From Collinsella sp. (lineage in GTDB: Bacteria > Actinomycetota > Coriobacteriia > Coriobacteriales > Coriobacteriaceae), in assembly GCA_019419455.1 (NCBI GenBank), contig DXZW01000018.1, positions 17,676-81,675 of the forward strand: DNA of 64,000 nt, in the 5' to 3' direction. Each line of letters opens with the position of its first letter. Positions within the stretch are counted from its first letter, which is position 1. Both the position numbers and the translations under genes were made by a program. Below the pieces are notes generated by a model that was given only the letters and a program-made list of their open reading frames with translations, did not search any database and was not told the DNA's origin. This document shows positions 40,321 through 50,002 of the stretch, piece by piece.

Positions 40321-41831
40321 TGGCTGCACGCTTTGGTGACATGCTGCTCGAGCAGCGTCGCCGAATGGGCCTTTCCATTCAGCAGGTCGCCAACACCATC
40401 AAAATCAGGCCGCAGATCATCGAGTTTTTCGAGACCGGTAACTTTGCTTCGATGCCGCCGCGCGGCTATGCGCAGGGCATGATTTCGAGCTATGCTCGTT
40501 TTTTGGGCCTCAATCCGCGCGAGGTCGTCAATGCCTACTTTGACGACCTGATGGCATACGAACGCGAGACGTCGCAGCAGGGCGGTCGTTTTCAGGACGC
40601 TGCCGGCTACGTCAATTCGCGTTCCTCGGTCGATAACGGGCGCTTCCTGATGGTTCAGGGCGGTCGCTCAACGCGTTATGGTCAGCGTCCGCAGCAGGCT
40701 GGCTATATTACCGAGACGGGGTCCAGTGAGGAAATCCGTTCTCAGCGCGACCGTTTCCGCAGCACGCCTATGCCCGACGATCGTGCGCTTCCCGCTGCCC
40801 GCGGTGTGGTGCGCGATCCCCGTGTCGGCTACGGAGATGGCGGCTATTCCGATCGTGGCTACCGTGGTGTCTCTGCCGGTCGTGCTCTCGGCGGCTATGC
40901 GGACGCCGATGCCACGCAGGTGACGCCGCGTCTTCGCTCTCAATCACAGCCGTATGGCCAGCGCTCTTCGGCTCCGCGTGCGGGCCAGCGTGGCTATCAA
41001 GGCCGCGGTGAACTTGCGCCCCGCTCGGGTCAGCGCAGCCTTCAGGGCCAGGGTGGCTATCGCGGCCGTTCCGACAGCAATCGTGGTCGTATGCCTCAGG
41101 GAGGCGGCCGCAGCAGTTCCAGTCGTGGACGCGGCGGTTCCCGTACTCCTCAAAACAACGGTCTCGATCCGCGTATCGTCTACGCCGGCATCGGTGCCGT
41201 GGCGTTGCTGCTGATCGTGCTCATCGTGGTACTTCTGCGCGGCTGCGCATCTTCGACGCCCGAGACCACGCCCGAGACGCCCACTGCTACCAAGACGACG
41301 CCCAAGAAGTCTTCTAAGAAGACCGAAACGGTCGACGAGGACGAAGACACCGATGAGGCGACGGATGAGTCGACCGATTCGGACTCCACCAAGACGACGG
41401 CTAAAAAGGAAGAAAACGAGGTAACGAAGGTCAAGGTCTCCGTTGCCAAGGGAAAGACCGCCTGGATTGAGGTCAAGGTCGATGGCAAGTCGGTCTATGG
41501 CGCCCAGGCGACTGGCCCCTTTGAGCAGGAGTACACGCCTGAGTCCTCGATCGAGATCACCACGTCCAAGCCTTCCGATGTCACCGTTACCAAGAACGGC
41601 GAAAAGGTCCGTTACGATACCAAGACCTCGGGCGTGGCGCGTGTGACGATCACCGTTCCCAAGAAGGAGACGACTGGTTCCGAGAATGGTGAAAGTTCTG
41701 ATGGTACCGACACCACCGATGGTACCGACACCACCGACGGCACCGATGCCCAGTCCACGGATGGCGCCGATACCGCAACTGATGACCAGACGCCCACCGA
41801 TTCTACCGACTATTCGTACGATAGCTACTAA
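40320..41831 (+). CDS. RodZ-like HTH / DUF4115 membrane protein with long disordered linker
   Basis: It has an N-terminal XRE-type HTH (LSIQQVANTIKIRPQIIEFFETGNF), one TM segment, a C-terminal DUF4115-like beta domain and an acidic T/D-rich tail. Confidence 0.6.
   Translation: MAARFGDMLLEQRRRMGLSIQQVANTIKIRPQIIEFFETGNFASMPPRGYAQGMISSYARFLGLNPREVVNAYFDDLMAYERETSQQGGRFQDAAGYVNSRSSVDNGRFLMVQGGRSTRYGQRPQQAGYITETGSSEEIRSQRDRFRSTPMPDDRALPAARGVVRDPRVGYGDGGYSDRGYRGVSAGRALGGYADADATQVTPRLRSQSQPYGQRSSAPRAGQRGYQGRGELAPRSGQRSLQGQGGYRGRSDSNRGRMPQGGGRSSSSRGRGGSRTPQNNGLDPRIVYAGIGAVALLLIVLIVVLLRGCASSTPETTPETPTATKTTPKKSSKKTETVDEDEDTDEATDESTDSDSTKTTAKKEENEVTKVKVSVAKGKTAWIEVKVDGKSVYGAQATGPFEQEYTPESSIEITTSKPSDVTVTKNGEKVRYDTKTSGVARVTITVPKKETTGSENGESSDGTDTTDGTDTTDGTDAQSTDGADTATDDQTPTDSTDYSYDSY
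41700..41735 (+). repeat. 18-nt tandem repeat (2 perfect copies plus 1 degenerate) inside the RodZ-like gene
   Basis: GATGGTACCGACACCACC occurs twice, followed by GACGGCACCGATGCCCAG. This encodes DGTDTT repeats. Confidence 0.85.
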
Positions 41832-41857
41832 GCCGCTCGTACGCGAAAGGAAACATC

Positions 41858-42355
41858 ATGGCTAAAGATTCCAGCTTCGACGTCGTGTCCGAGGTCAACA
41901 TGCAAGAGGTCGACAACGCCTTCCAGCAGACCACGCGCGAGATTTCCCAGCGCTATGACCTGAAGGATTCCGGCGCCACGATCGAGCTTTCGAAGGGCGA
42001 CAAGCTCTTTACGATCAACGCCCCGGCCGACTTTGTCTCCAAGCAGATCATCGATGTCCTGAGCTCCAAGCTCATCAAGCGCGGCATCGACCTCAAGGCT
42101 GTTTCGTGGGATGCTCCGCAGGCGGCATCGGGCGGCACCGTGCGCGTGCTCGGCCATATCGTCGAGGGTATCGACCAGGCGACCGCCAAGAAGATCAACA
42201 AGGACATCAAGGATCAAAAGCTCAAGGTCAAGGTGACCATCGAGGCCGACAAGCTGCGTGTTTCCTCTGCTTCGAAGGACGCGTTGCAGACCGTGATTCA
42301 GTTCCTGCGCGACCAGGACTACGGCCAGCCGCTGCAGTTCACCAACTACCGCTAA
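41858..42355 (+). CDS. yajQ: YajQ family nucleotide (c-di-GMP)-binding protein
   Basis: It is collinear with the UPF0234/YajQ family: SFDVVSEV..QEV.NA..Q...E...RYD.K ... QP.QF.NYR. Confidence 0.85.
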   Translation: MAKDSSFDVVSEVNMQEVDNAFQQTTREISQRYDLKDSGATIELSKGDKLFTINAPADFVSKQIIDVLSSKLIKRGIDLKAVSWDAPQAASGGTVRVLGHIVEGIDQATAKKINKDIKDQKLKVKVTIEADKLRVSSASKDALQTVIQFLRDQDYGQPLQFTNYR

Positions 42356-42382
42356 TATCATTCGAAAGGACCGCTCTCCAAC

Positions 42383-43732
42383 ATGGATACACCGTTGGGC
42401 TCCGTGCTCTACATCACCCTCGGGTGCGCTAAGAACGAGGTTGACACCGACCGCATGCGTTCTCTTTTGACCGCCGCAGGCTACGAGGAGGCATTCGATC
42501 CGCAGGATGCCGATATCGCTATCGTCAACACTTGCTCGTTCCTCGCCTCCGCAACGTCCGAGAGCATCGAGACCACGCTCGAGCTCGCCAACGAGGTTCA
42601 GGACGGCGTTCGTTCTTGTCCCATCGTCATGTGCGGCTGTGTGCCGTCGCGCTATGGCGACGACCTGCCTGACGAGCTGCCCGAGGTCGCTGCCTTTGTG
42701 AAGGCCGACGAGGAAGACGGCATCGTGGCGGTCATCGATGGCGTGCTGGGTGTCGAGCGTGAGATCGCCGCCTATATTCCGCAGGTCAAGCGCACTGTCG
42801 AGGGCGCTGTCGCCTACGTCAAGATTTCCGATGGCTGCAACCGCTTCTGCAGCTTCTGCATGATTCCCTACATCCGCGGTCGCTATCACTCGCGTAGTGC
42901 CGAGAGCATTATCTCCGAAGTGCACGACCTGGTTGCCGGCGGTGTGCGCGAGATCGTACTGATCGGTCAGGACACGGGCATTTGGGGCACCGACTTTGCC
43001 GACGAGGACGTCGCCGAGGGCTCGCCGCGCAATCTGGCGCAGCTGCTGCGCGCCGTTGCCGAGGCCGTGCGCCCGCACAATGTTTGGGTTCGAGTGCTCT
43101 ACCTGCAGCCCGAGGGCATGACTGACGAGCTTATCGAGACGATTCGCGATACCCCCGAGGTGCTGCCCTATATCGATATCCCCGTGCAGCACTGCGACGC
43201 GCGCATCCTCAAGGCTATGCGCCGTTCCGGTTCGCGTCAGGAGCTCGAGGACCTGTTCCACGATTTGCGTGAGCGCATCCCCGGCATCGTGATCCGTTCC
43301 ACGGCCATGGTCGGCTTCCCGACCGAGACCGACGACGAGTTCCGCGACCTTATCGACTTTATGGACACCGTCGGCTTTGACTACACGAGTGTCTTTGCCT
43401 ACTCGCGTGAGGAGGGCAGCCTGGCCGCCAAGATGGAGGGTCAGGTCGACGAAGGGGTCAAGCTCGAGCGCGCCCAGGAGGCCATGGACCTGGCCGAGTC
43501 GCTCGGTTTTGCCGCCACCGCCGCACATGTGGGCGAGCGCGCCCAGGTGATCGTCGACGGCATCGAGGAGACCGAGGACGGCGCCGAGCTGATCGGCCAT
43601 GCCTGGTTCCAGGCGCCCGATTCCGATGGCGCGGTGCACTTGGACGCCAGCGAGGCGTCCGTGGGCGATATTCTGACTGTCGAGTTTACCGATAGCTTCT
43701 GCTATGAGCTTATCGGCCATGTTGTGGAGTAG
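42383..43732 (+). CDS. rimO: Ribosomal protein S12 methylthiotransferase RimO
   Basis: TLGCAKNEVD N-terminus, radical SAM motif CNRFCSFC and a TRAM C-terminus. Confidence 0.85.
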   Translation: MDTPLGSVLYITLGCAKNEVDTDRMRSLLTAAGYEEAFDPQDADIAIVNTCSFLASATSESIETTLELANEVQDGVRSCPIVMCGCVPSRYGDDLPDELPEVAAFVKADEEDGIVAVIDGVLGVEREIAAYIPQVKRTVEGAVAYVKISDGCNRFCSFCMIPYIRGRYHSRSAESIISEVHDLVAGGVREIVLIGQDTGIWGTDFADEDVAEGSPRNLAQLLRAVAEAVRPHNVWVRVLYLQPEGMTDELIETIRDTPEVLPYIDIPVQHCDARILKAMRRSGSRQELEDLFHDLRERIPGIVIRSTAMVGFPTETDDEFRDLIDFMDTVGFDYTSVFAYSREEGSLAAKMEGQVDEGVKLERAQEAMDLAESLGFAATAAHVGERAQVIVDGIEETEDGAELIGHAWFQAPDSDGAVHLDASEASVGDILTVEFTDSFCYELIGHVVE

Positions 43733-43741
43733 GAGAGCGTC

Positions 43742-44380
43742 GTGGCTAACGAGAGCAATAAGGAACTGACGAGTGTCTGGACGCCCGCCAACATCGTGAC
43801 GTGCGTGCGCATCGTCTTTATCCCGGTGTTCATGATCGTCTCGGCGCTGTCTCACACGAGTGTTGCCGGTACGAATTGGAGCACCTTCGACGGCCCGCTC
43901 GCCGCCGCTGCCTTCATTCTGTATGTGATCCTGTCGTGCACCGATAAGGTTGACGGTTATCTGGCGCGCTCGCGCAACGAGATCACCGACTTCGGTAAGT
44001 TCTTGGACCCCATCGCCGACAAGCTACTCGTGTTCTCGGCCCTGCTGCTGTTCCTCGATTTTGGCGCGGTGACCGTGTGGTCCGTGTTCATTATCTTGTT
44101 CCGCGAGCTGTTGGTGAGCGCCCTTCGCATGGTCGCGAGTGCGGCCGGTGTGGTCATTGCCGCCGATAAGCTCGGCAAGTACAAGACGGCGACCACGATG
44201 GTCTCCATCTGCGGCTACCTGTGCGTCTTTGCGATGACCGGCCTCCAGTTGGGGCCTGCGGAGCTGTTGCTCGGTGTCTATGGCGTTTCACGCTTCCTGT
44301 ACGCTGTTGCCGTTGTCCTGACCGTTATCTCGGGCGCCCAGTACTTCTGGAACTGCCGCAAGATCGTCTTTTCGGTCTAG
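43742..44380 (+). CDS. pgsA: CDP-diacylglycerol--glycerol-3-phosphate 3-phosphatidyltransferase
   Basis: It has the CDP-alcohol phosphatidyltransferase motif DKVDGYLAR..G.FLDPIADK. Confidence 0.85.
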   Translation: MANESNKELTSVWTPANIVTCVRIVFIPVFMIVSALSHTSVAGTNWSTFDGPLAAAAFILYVILSCTDKVDGYLARSRNEITDFGKFLDPIADKLLVFSALLLFLDFGAVTVWSVFIILFRELLVSALRMVASAAGVVIAADKLGKYKTATTMVSICGYLCVFAMTGLQLGPAELLLGVYGVSRFLYAVAVVLTVISGAQYFWNCRKIVFSV

Positions 44381-44386
44381 GTCCTG

Positions 44387-44923
44387 GTGGGTATGGCGGA
44401 CTCTTTTGAGCAGATTTCCGCACATAACGAGGAGCTGGCGCGCGATATTGTCGAGCGCGCGAGCGCTCGGGGCGTGACGGTTTCTACGGCTGAGTCGCTG
44501 ACGGCGGGTATGATCGCCTCGACGATTGCCGATATCCCGGGCGCCTCGGCGGTGCTGCGCGGCGGTGCGGTGACCTATTGCGATGAGATCAAGCATCGTG
44601 TTCTGGGTGTTGAGCAGGAGACGCTCGATCGGTTTAGCGCCGTGTCGCACCAGACGGCGCGCGAGATGGCCGCGGGCTCGCTGGACCTCTATCAGAGCGA
44701 TGTGGCCGTGAGCGCAACGGGCTACGCTGGGCCCGGTGGTGGCACCGAGCAAGACCCCGCCGGCACGTTCTATATTGGCTGGGCGTATCGCGCGGCCGAT
44801 GGGGGAGCGCCGGTTGTCGAGTCTGCGCGCTGTCATTACGAGGGCGACCGTTCGTGTGTTCGTGCCCATGCGGTCACGGAGGCATTGGGTCGCATTGCCC
44901 TTGTGCTCAACTCTATGGAATAG
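44387..44923 (+). CDS. pncC: CinA-family nicotinamide-nucleotide amidohydrolase (PncC domain only)
   Basis: TAESLTAGMIAS motif, and the gene lies immediately upstream of recA as in many Gram-positives. Confidence 0.8.
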   Translation: MGMADSFEQISAHNEELARDIVERASARGVTVSTAESLTAGMIASTIADIPGASAVLRGGAVTYCDEIKHRVLGVEQETLDRFSAVSHQTAREMAAGSLDLYQSDVAVSATGYAGPGGGTEQDPAGTFYIGWAYRAADGGAPVVESARCHYEGDRSCVRAHAVTEALGRIALVLNSME

Positions 44924-44932
44924 ACGTGTTTT

Positions 44933-44957
44933 AAGGGGCCTTCGGGCCCCTTAATTG
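44933..44957 (+). terminator. Terminator-like hairpin after cinA
   Basis: AAGGGGCC-ttcg-GGCCCCTT followed by AATTGT; the U-tract is weak. Confidence 0.55.
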
Positions 44958-45028
44958 TGGAGATAGGGACCTTAGGCTTATTTGGCGTTTGTGCTGGTTG
45001 TAGACGTAATTTTGCCTGCCTTGTTCAT

Positions 45029-45096
45029 ATTTGGTCCTTTGTGGTCAAGCATTTGGTCAGTGTTTGGTCGGCGTTTGGTTGGGTTTTGGAAAGGTC
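45029..45096 (+). repeat. Helically phased TTTGGTC-like repeat array upstream of the recA promoter
   Basis: TTTGGTCC, TGTGGTCA, TTTGGTCA, TTTGGTCG, TTTGGTTG and TTTTGGAA occur with GGT spacings of 10, 12, 11, 11 and 11 nt. Confidence 0.75.
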
Positions 45097-45121
45097 GGCT
45101 GCATATGATTTATCTGAACGG

Positions 45122-45150
45122 TTGACCACGAACAGCCGTTCGTTTATTAT
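45122..45150 (+). promoter_or_regulatory. recA promoter (TTGACC-N17-TATTAT)
   Basis: The hexamers are near consensus with a 17-nt spacer that contains the LexA box. The promoter lies ~30 nt upstream of the recA ATG. Confidence 0.65.
45129..45142. promoter_or_regulatory. LexA (SOS) box
   Basis: CGAACAGCCGTTCG is a perfect Gram-positive CGAAC-N4-GTTCG palindrome. Confidence 0.8.
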
Positions 45151-45180
45151 CGATGCAGGTTGTTAAGAGGAGGGCTATTC

Positions 45181-46329
45181 ATGGCCAAGAATTCAGGTCC
45201 CGTACGTACCGTTCATGCTCGCACGACGGGTAAAGAGCGCGATGAGATGATCGCCACCACCAAGGCCGAGATAGAGAAGAAATTCGGCCAGGGTTCCATC
45301 ATGAGGTACGGCGACGGTGGCCCCGAGCTCGAGGTCGAGGCCATCCCTACGGGCGCTCTGGCACTCGATGCCGCACTGGGTATCGGCGGTGTGCCGCGCG
45401 GCCGAATCGTCGAGATCTACGGTCCCGAGTCCTCCGGTAAGACGACGCTTTCGCTCGAGATCTTGGCCGAGGCCCAGGCAATGGGTGGCGTTGTGGCATT
45501 TATCGATGCCGAGCACGCGCTCGATCCCGCGTATGCCGCACGCATCGGCGTGGATATCGACGAGGTGCTCATTTCCCAGCCCGATACGGGTGAGCAGGCG
45601 CTCGAAATCGTTGACATGCTTGTGCGTTCTGGTGCCATCGATGCCATCGTCGTCGACTCCGTCGCCGCGCTGACCCCGCGTGCCGAGATCGAGGGAGAAA
45701 TCGGCGACACTACGGTCGGTCTTCAGGCTCGCCTGATGAGCCAGGCGCTCCGCAAGCTCGCCGGCTCGCTGTCCAAGTCCAACACGACGTGCATCTTCAT
45801 TAACCAGCTGCGTGAGAAGATCGGCGTCATGTTCGGCAACCCCGAGACTACGACGGGCGGCCGTGCCCTTAAGTTCTTCTCTTCGGTGCGTATCGACATT
45901 CGCCGCATCGACAGCATTAAGCTTAAGGACGAGGTTATCGGTAACCGCGTGCGCGCCAAGGTCGTTAAGAACAAGGTGGCAGCTCCGTTCCGTTCTGCTG
46001 AGTTCGACATCATGTACGGTACGGGCATCTCTAAGGAGGGCTCGATCTTGGACATGGCTGTCGAGTGCGGCATCTGCAAGAAGATGGGCTCCTGGTTTGC
46101 CTATGGCGAGGACAAGCTCGGCAACGGTCGCGAGGCCGCCAAGGCGTTCCTGCGCGAACACCCCGATTGCGCTGATGAGATTGAGCATAAGGTCCGCCTT
46201 GCCTGCGGGCTTGAGTTTGATGACGATGCTCCGTCCGAAGTCGAGCTGACCGATCAGCCTGCGCCTGAGGAGTTTGACGAGCTTTACGCCATCGATGGTT
46301 CCGCCATGCTCGATGATGACGACGAGTAG
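45181..46329 (+). CDS. recA: Recombinase RecA
   Basis: GPESSGKTT Walker A motif, full-length RecA collinearity and an acidic C-terminal tail. GAGGAGGG precedes the ATG at 45181. Confidence 0.95.
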   Translation: MAKNSGPVRTVHARTTGKERDEMIATTKAEIEKKFGQGSIMRYGDGGPELEVEAIPTGALALDAALGIGGVPRGRIVEIYGPESSGKTTLSLEILAEAQAMGGVVAFIDAEHALDPAYAARIGVDIDEVLISQPDTGEQALEIVDMLVRSGAIDAIVVDSVAALTPRAEIEGEIGDTTVGLQARLMSQALRKLAGSLSKSNTTCIFINQLREKIGVMFGNPETTTGGRALKFFSSVRIDIRRIDSIKLKDEVIGNRVRAKVVKNKVAAPFRSAEFDIMYGTGISKEGSILDMAVECGICKKMGSWFAYGEDKLGNGREAAKAFLREHPDCADEIEHKVRLACGLEFDDDAPSEVELTDQPAPEEFDELYAIDGSAMLDDDDE

Positions 46330-46340
46330 CGGTTACGCTC

Positions 46341-47033
46341 ATGTCGTATACGGTGACCGAGGCCACGGTCGTCTTTCCCGATAAGAAGGCGGCCTCCTCG
46401 TTCTCGAGCGGGTATGCGTCCAAAAAGCCTTGCGCACGTATCGATTGCGAGCTTGAGGGCGGTTTTAAGCGGTCCATTTGGATTCCCGTGCGGGCCGCGC
46501 GCCTGTATGTCAAAAACCGCCCTGATCTTCCCTGTGATTGGGATAACTTTCGTGAGGCGGTTCAGCTCATCGAGCGTAAATGTGCTCTCACCATGGTGAC
46601 CGAGATGTTGTCGCGCCGCGACCATGCGACGGGTGAGGTCCGTGACAAGCTGGCTCGCTACGGCTTTCATCAGCTCGCGATCGATTTCGCCGTCGAGCGC
46701 GCCACCGAGTATCGCTTTTTAGACGAGAACCGCTTTTGCTCGTACTTTATCGAGGAACGCAAGCGGCGTGGTTGGGGACAGCGCAAAATCGAGACCGAGC
46801 TCAAGCGCCGTCATGTCGTGCTCGATGACATTCCCGGTTATCCCGAGGATTATTTTGCCGTCGAAGACGATTTGGCGCGTGCGTCAGCCCTGCTCGCCAA
46901 GCGGCGTGTTCCAGAGACGCGCGGATTCGAAAAACTGGTTCGGTTTTTGATGGGCAAGGGCTTCTCGTATCACATCGCCGCCGATGCCGTTAAGGCACGT
47001 CTCGATGCCGAATGCGAGGAATGTGCGGTTTAG
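46341..47033 (+). CDS. recX: Recombination regulator RecX
   Basis: It lies downstream of recA and has RecX-type helical repeats (..RKRRGWGQRKIETELKRRHV..). Confidence 0.8.
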   Translation: MSYTVTEATVVFPDKKAASSFSSGYASKKPCARIDCELEGGFKRSIWIPVRAARLYVKNRPDLPCDWDNFREAVQLIERKCALTMVTEMLSRRDHATGEVRDKLARYGFHQLAIDFAVERATEYRFLDENRFCSYFIEERKRRGWGQRKIETELKRRHVVLDDIPGYPEDYFAVEDDLARASALLAKRRVPETRGFEKLVRFLMGKGFSYHIAADAVKARLDAECEECAV

Positions 47034-47095
47034 GCGTATGTGTTTTGTGGCCCTGCCGTTCACCGCGTTTTAACCGCCGTACTGGGGCCATTTAT

Positions 47096-47124
47096 TTGAC
47101 AGTTGTTGTGGTTCAACGTACGAT
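47096..47124 (+). promoter_or_regulatory. Candidate rny promoter (TTGACA-N17-TACGAT)
   Basis: The -35 hexamer is consensus with a 17-nt spacer. It would give a ~165-nt leader containing the hairpin GCGAGCCGT/ACGGTTCGC. Confidence 0.5.
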
Positions 47125-47290
47125 AAACACTGTCATTTGCTTTGTGATATGTGCTCATCTGTGATGAGTTTGTTTATATGTTTATCTGTATCCGACCCGC
47201 ATAAGCTGCGCCCATATTACTCAAATGTCGCGAGCCGTTCGTAAGGACGGTTCGCTTTGTTGTGTAACGAATCCATAAAAAGGAGTGAGC

Positions 47291-48841
47291 ATGCCTATCA
47301 TTGCAGCGCTCGTTGGCATCGTTTTGGGTGCCGTCGCCGCCATTGCCTACATGCGCACCGCCAAGCAGGGTAGTCTTCACGAGGCCGACGAAAAGATCCA
47401 GTCGGCACACGCACAGGCTGAGTCCCTGATCGGTGATGCTAAGCGTCAGGCCGAGACCCTCAAAAAAGAGGCTCTTCTCGAGGCTAAAGAGGAGATCATC
47501 AAGAACAAGCAGGCCGCCGAGGCCGAGGACAAGCAGCGTAAGAGCGAGATTCGTACGCTCGAGAACCGCGTGATGCAGCGCGAGGAATCCCTCGATCGCC
47601 GTAACGACGCTCTCGACAAGCGCGAGCATCAGCTGTCCAGTCAGGCCGGTCAGGTCGAGAAGCGCTCCCGAGAGCTCGAGGAGCTCTGCGCAAAGCAGAC
47701 CTCCGAGCTTGAGCGTATCGCCGACCTTACCCGCGAGGACGCCCACAAGGAGCTCCTCGATAAGGTTCGTGGCGAGGTCACCCACGAGGCTGCCACGATT
47801 ATTCGCGAGTCTGAGCAGCAGGTTCGCGCCGAGTGCCACAAGACCGCCCAGGAGATTCTGTCCCTGGCGATTCAGCGCTGCGCTGCCGACCACACTGCCG
47901 AGGTCACCGTTACCTCCGTGCACATTCCCTCTGATGACCTCAAGGGCCGTATCATCGGTCGCGAGGGTCGCAACATCCGGACATTCGAGCAGGTTTCCGG
48001 CGTCAACCTCGTGATCGACGACACGCCCGAGACCGTCGTTCTTTCGAGCTTCGACCCGGTCCGTCGTGAGACCGCCCGCGTTGCCCTCGAGAACCTCATC
48101 GCCGACGGCCGCATTCACCCCGCCCGCATCGAGGAGATGTATCACAAGGCTGCCGACCTGGTTCAGCAGCGCGTGCGCGAGGCTGGCGAGCAGGCTGCCT
48201 TCGATACCGGCATTCACGACCTGCACCCCGAGATCGTCAAGACCCTTGGTGCCCTGCGCTACCGTACTTCGTTTGGTCAGAACGTGCTTCAGCACTCCCT
48301 CGAAGTCTCTGACCTGTGCGGCGTGATGGCTTCCGAGCTTGGCCTGGACGTTGTGACTGCCAAGCGCGCCGGCCTGCTGCACGACCTGGGCAAGGCAATC
48401 GACCATGACGTCGAGGGCCCGCATGCCGTCATCGGCGCCGAGCTTGCCCGCCGTTATGGCGAGAAGCCCGTTATCGTCCACGCTATCGAGGCTCACCATG
48501 CCGATGTCGACCCCAACACGGTACTCGATGTCCTGGTACAGGCCGCCGATGCCGTCTCTGCCTCTCGCCCCGGTGCCCGTCGCGAGTCTGCCGAGAACTA
48601 CATCAAGCGTCTTGAGAAGCTCGAGGAGATTGCCAACTCCCATGACGGCGTCGAGCGTACCTATGCCATGCAGGCCGGTCGTGAGGTCCACGTCATGGTC
48701 CAGCCGGACAAGATTTCCGATGCCCAGTCCACGGTTCTGGCTCACGATATCGCCCATCAGATCGAGGAAGAGATGGAGTATCCCGGTCAGGTGCGCGTCG
48801 TCGTGATTCGCGAGAGCCGCGCTGTCGATATCGCTAAATAA
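47291..48841 (+). CDS. rny: Ribonuclease Y
   Basis: N-terminal TM segment, coiled coil, KH domain and HD domain (..HDLGK..). AAGGAG precedes the ATG at 47291. Confidence 0.9.
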   Translation: MPIIAALVGIVLGAVAAIAYMRTAKQGSLHEADEKIQSAHAQAESLIGDAKRQAETLKKEALLEAKEEIIKNKQAAEAEDKQRKSEIRTLENRVMQREESLDRRNDALDKREHQLSSQAGQVEKRSRELEELCAKQTSELERIADLTREDAHKELLDKVRGEVTHEAATIIRESEQQVRAECHKTAQEILSLAIQRCAADHTAEVTVTSVHIPSDDLKGRIIGREGRNIRTFEQVSGVNLVIDDTPETVVLSSFDPVRRETARVALENLIADGRIHPARIEEMYHKAADLVQQRVREAGEQAAFDTGIHDLHPEIVKTLGALRYRTSFGQNVLQHSLEVSDLCGVMASELGLDVVTAKRAGLLHDLGKAIDHDVEGPHAVIGAELARRYGEKPVIVHAIEAHHADVDPNTVLDVLVQAADAVSASRPGARRESAENYIKRLEKLEEIANSHDGVERTYAMQAGREVHVMVQPDKISDAQSTVLAHDIAHQIEEEMEYPGQVRVVVIRESRAVDIAK

Positions 48842-48842
48842 C

Positions 48843-49928
48843 ATGAGCGACGCGAACGAGCTCATCTCATTTATCGCGTCGATGTCGGGGGAGGGCAACC
48901 TTCGCGTCGAGGAGAACCTTGGCGAGGGGTATGTCCGCCTCCGCGTTTCGGAGGCCGAGCGGCGCCAGGCAAAGCACGACATTCAGCATGTCGAGGATAT
49001 CGTCATCGAAATGCTCCGTAATGCTCGCGATGCTGGCGCCGACAAGGTCTATCTCGCCACGACCAAGGAAGATGGCGTCCGCACGCTTGTCTTTCTGGAT
49101 AACGGTTCGGGCGTTCCGCAGGATATGCAAGAGCGAATCTTCGATGCCCGCGTTACCTCCAAGCTCGAGAGCATGAAGATGGACCGTTGGGGCGTTCACG
49201 GTCGTGGCATGGCATTGTTTTCGATCAAGCAGAACACCGACGAGGCCCGCGTGGTCACGTCCGGTGTCGATCTTGGCTCAGCCTTTAAGGTGAGCGTTGC
49301 GGCCGACCGCCTCAGTGAGCGTGCCGATCAGTCCAGCTGGCCCCAGGCCGTCAAGGATGAGGACGGACGTTATGTCTGTGCTCGCGGTCCGCATAATATT
49401 ATTCGCGCTGCCTGTGAGTTTGCGCTCGAGGAGCTGCGTGGTTGCGATGTCTATCTTGGTTCTCCGTCTGAGATTGCCGCGACTCTTTATGCTCAGGCGT
49501 CAAGTCGGCTCGATACGTCTCGTCTCCTGTTTATTGATGACGAGAGCGAGCTTCCGGTTGTCGACCGTTTAGGCCTTGCCTCTGATGCCGAGGACTTTAT
49601 CCGTATCTGTTCGGGTTTGGGTCTTGAGATGTCCGAGCGCACGGCTCATCGCATTTTGGCAGGGCAGATTAAGCCCGTTCGCGGTGTGACTGCGCGTCTG
49701 CTGCGCGAGCGTGACTCATCCTCGCATGCGCCGGCTCCTGTCGATCTCGCGAAGGATCGTCGCGGGCTACGTATTGCCAAGGATGACATGGCACAGTTTT
49801 CGCGTGCTGTGGAGCGCGACTTTAATGACCTTGCCGCCCGGTACTATCTCAACCTTTGCGGCGACCCAAAGATCCGTGTTTCGCGTGATCGAATCACCGT
49901 GACCTTTGATCTTGCCAAAGAGGAATAG
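48843..49928 (+). CDS. GHKL-superfamily ATPase with MutL-N-terminal-like motifs (function unknown)
   Basis: Motifs EMLRNARDAGA (ExxxNAxDA), DNGSGVP, RVTSK and GVHGRGMALFSI. The ~200-aa C-terminus has no motif I recognise. The ATG lies 1 nt after the rny stop. Confidence 0.6.
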   Translation: MSDANELISFIASMSGEGNLRVEENLGEGYVRLRVSEAERRQAKHDIQHVEDIVIEMLRNARDAGADKVYLATTKEDGVRTLVFLDNGSGVPQDMQERIFDARVTSKLESMKMDRWGVHGRGMALFSIKQNTDEARVVTSGVDLGSAFKVSVAADRLSERADQSSWPQAVKDEDGRYVCARGPHNIIRAACEFALEELRGCDVYLGSPSEIAATLYAQASSRLDTSRLLFIDDESELPVVDRLGLASDAEDFIRICSGLGLEMSERTAHRILAGQIKPVRGVTARLLRERDSSSHAPAPVDLAKDRRGLRIAKDDMAQFSRAVERDFNDLAARYYLNLCGDPKIRVSRDRITVTFDLAKEE

Positions 49929-50002
49929 TGCCTTTACCGAGTCCACTCGGTACGATACAGTTATTGCAGTTAAAACGTACTTTTAAATGCAGGAGTTTCT
50001 TC

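Noticed and set aside
44957-45166. 69-aa ORF between cinA and recA.
   Set aside because: It is made from the phased TTTGGTC repeat array and the recA promoter/SOS box. It has no RBS and an atypical composition, so I treat the region as regulatory DNA.
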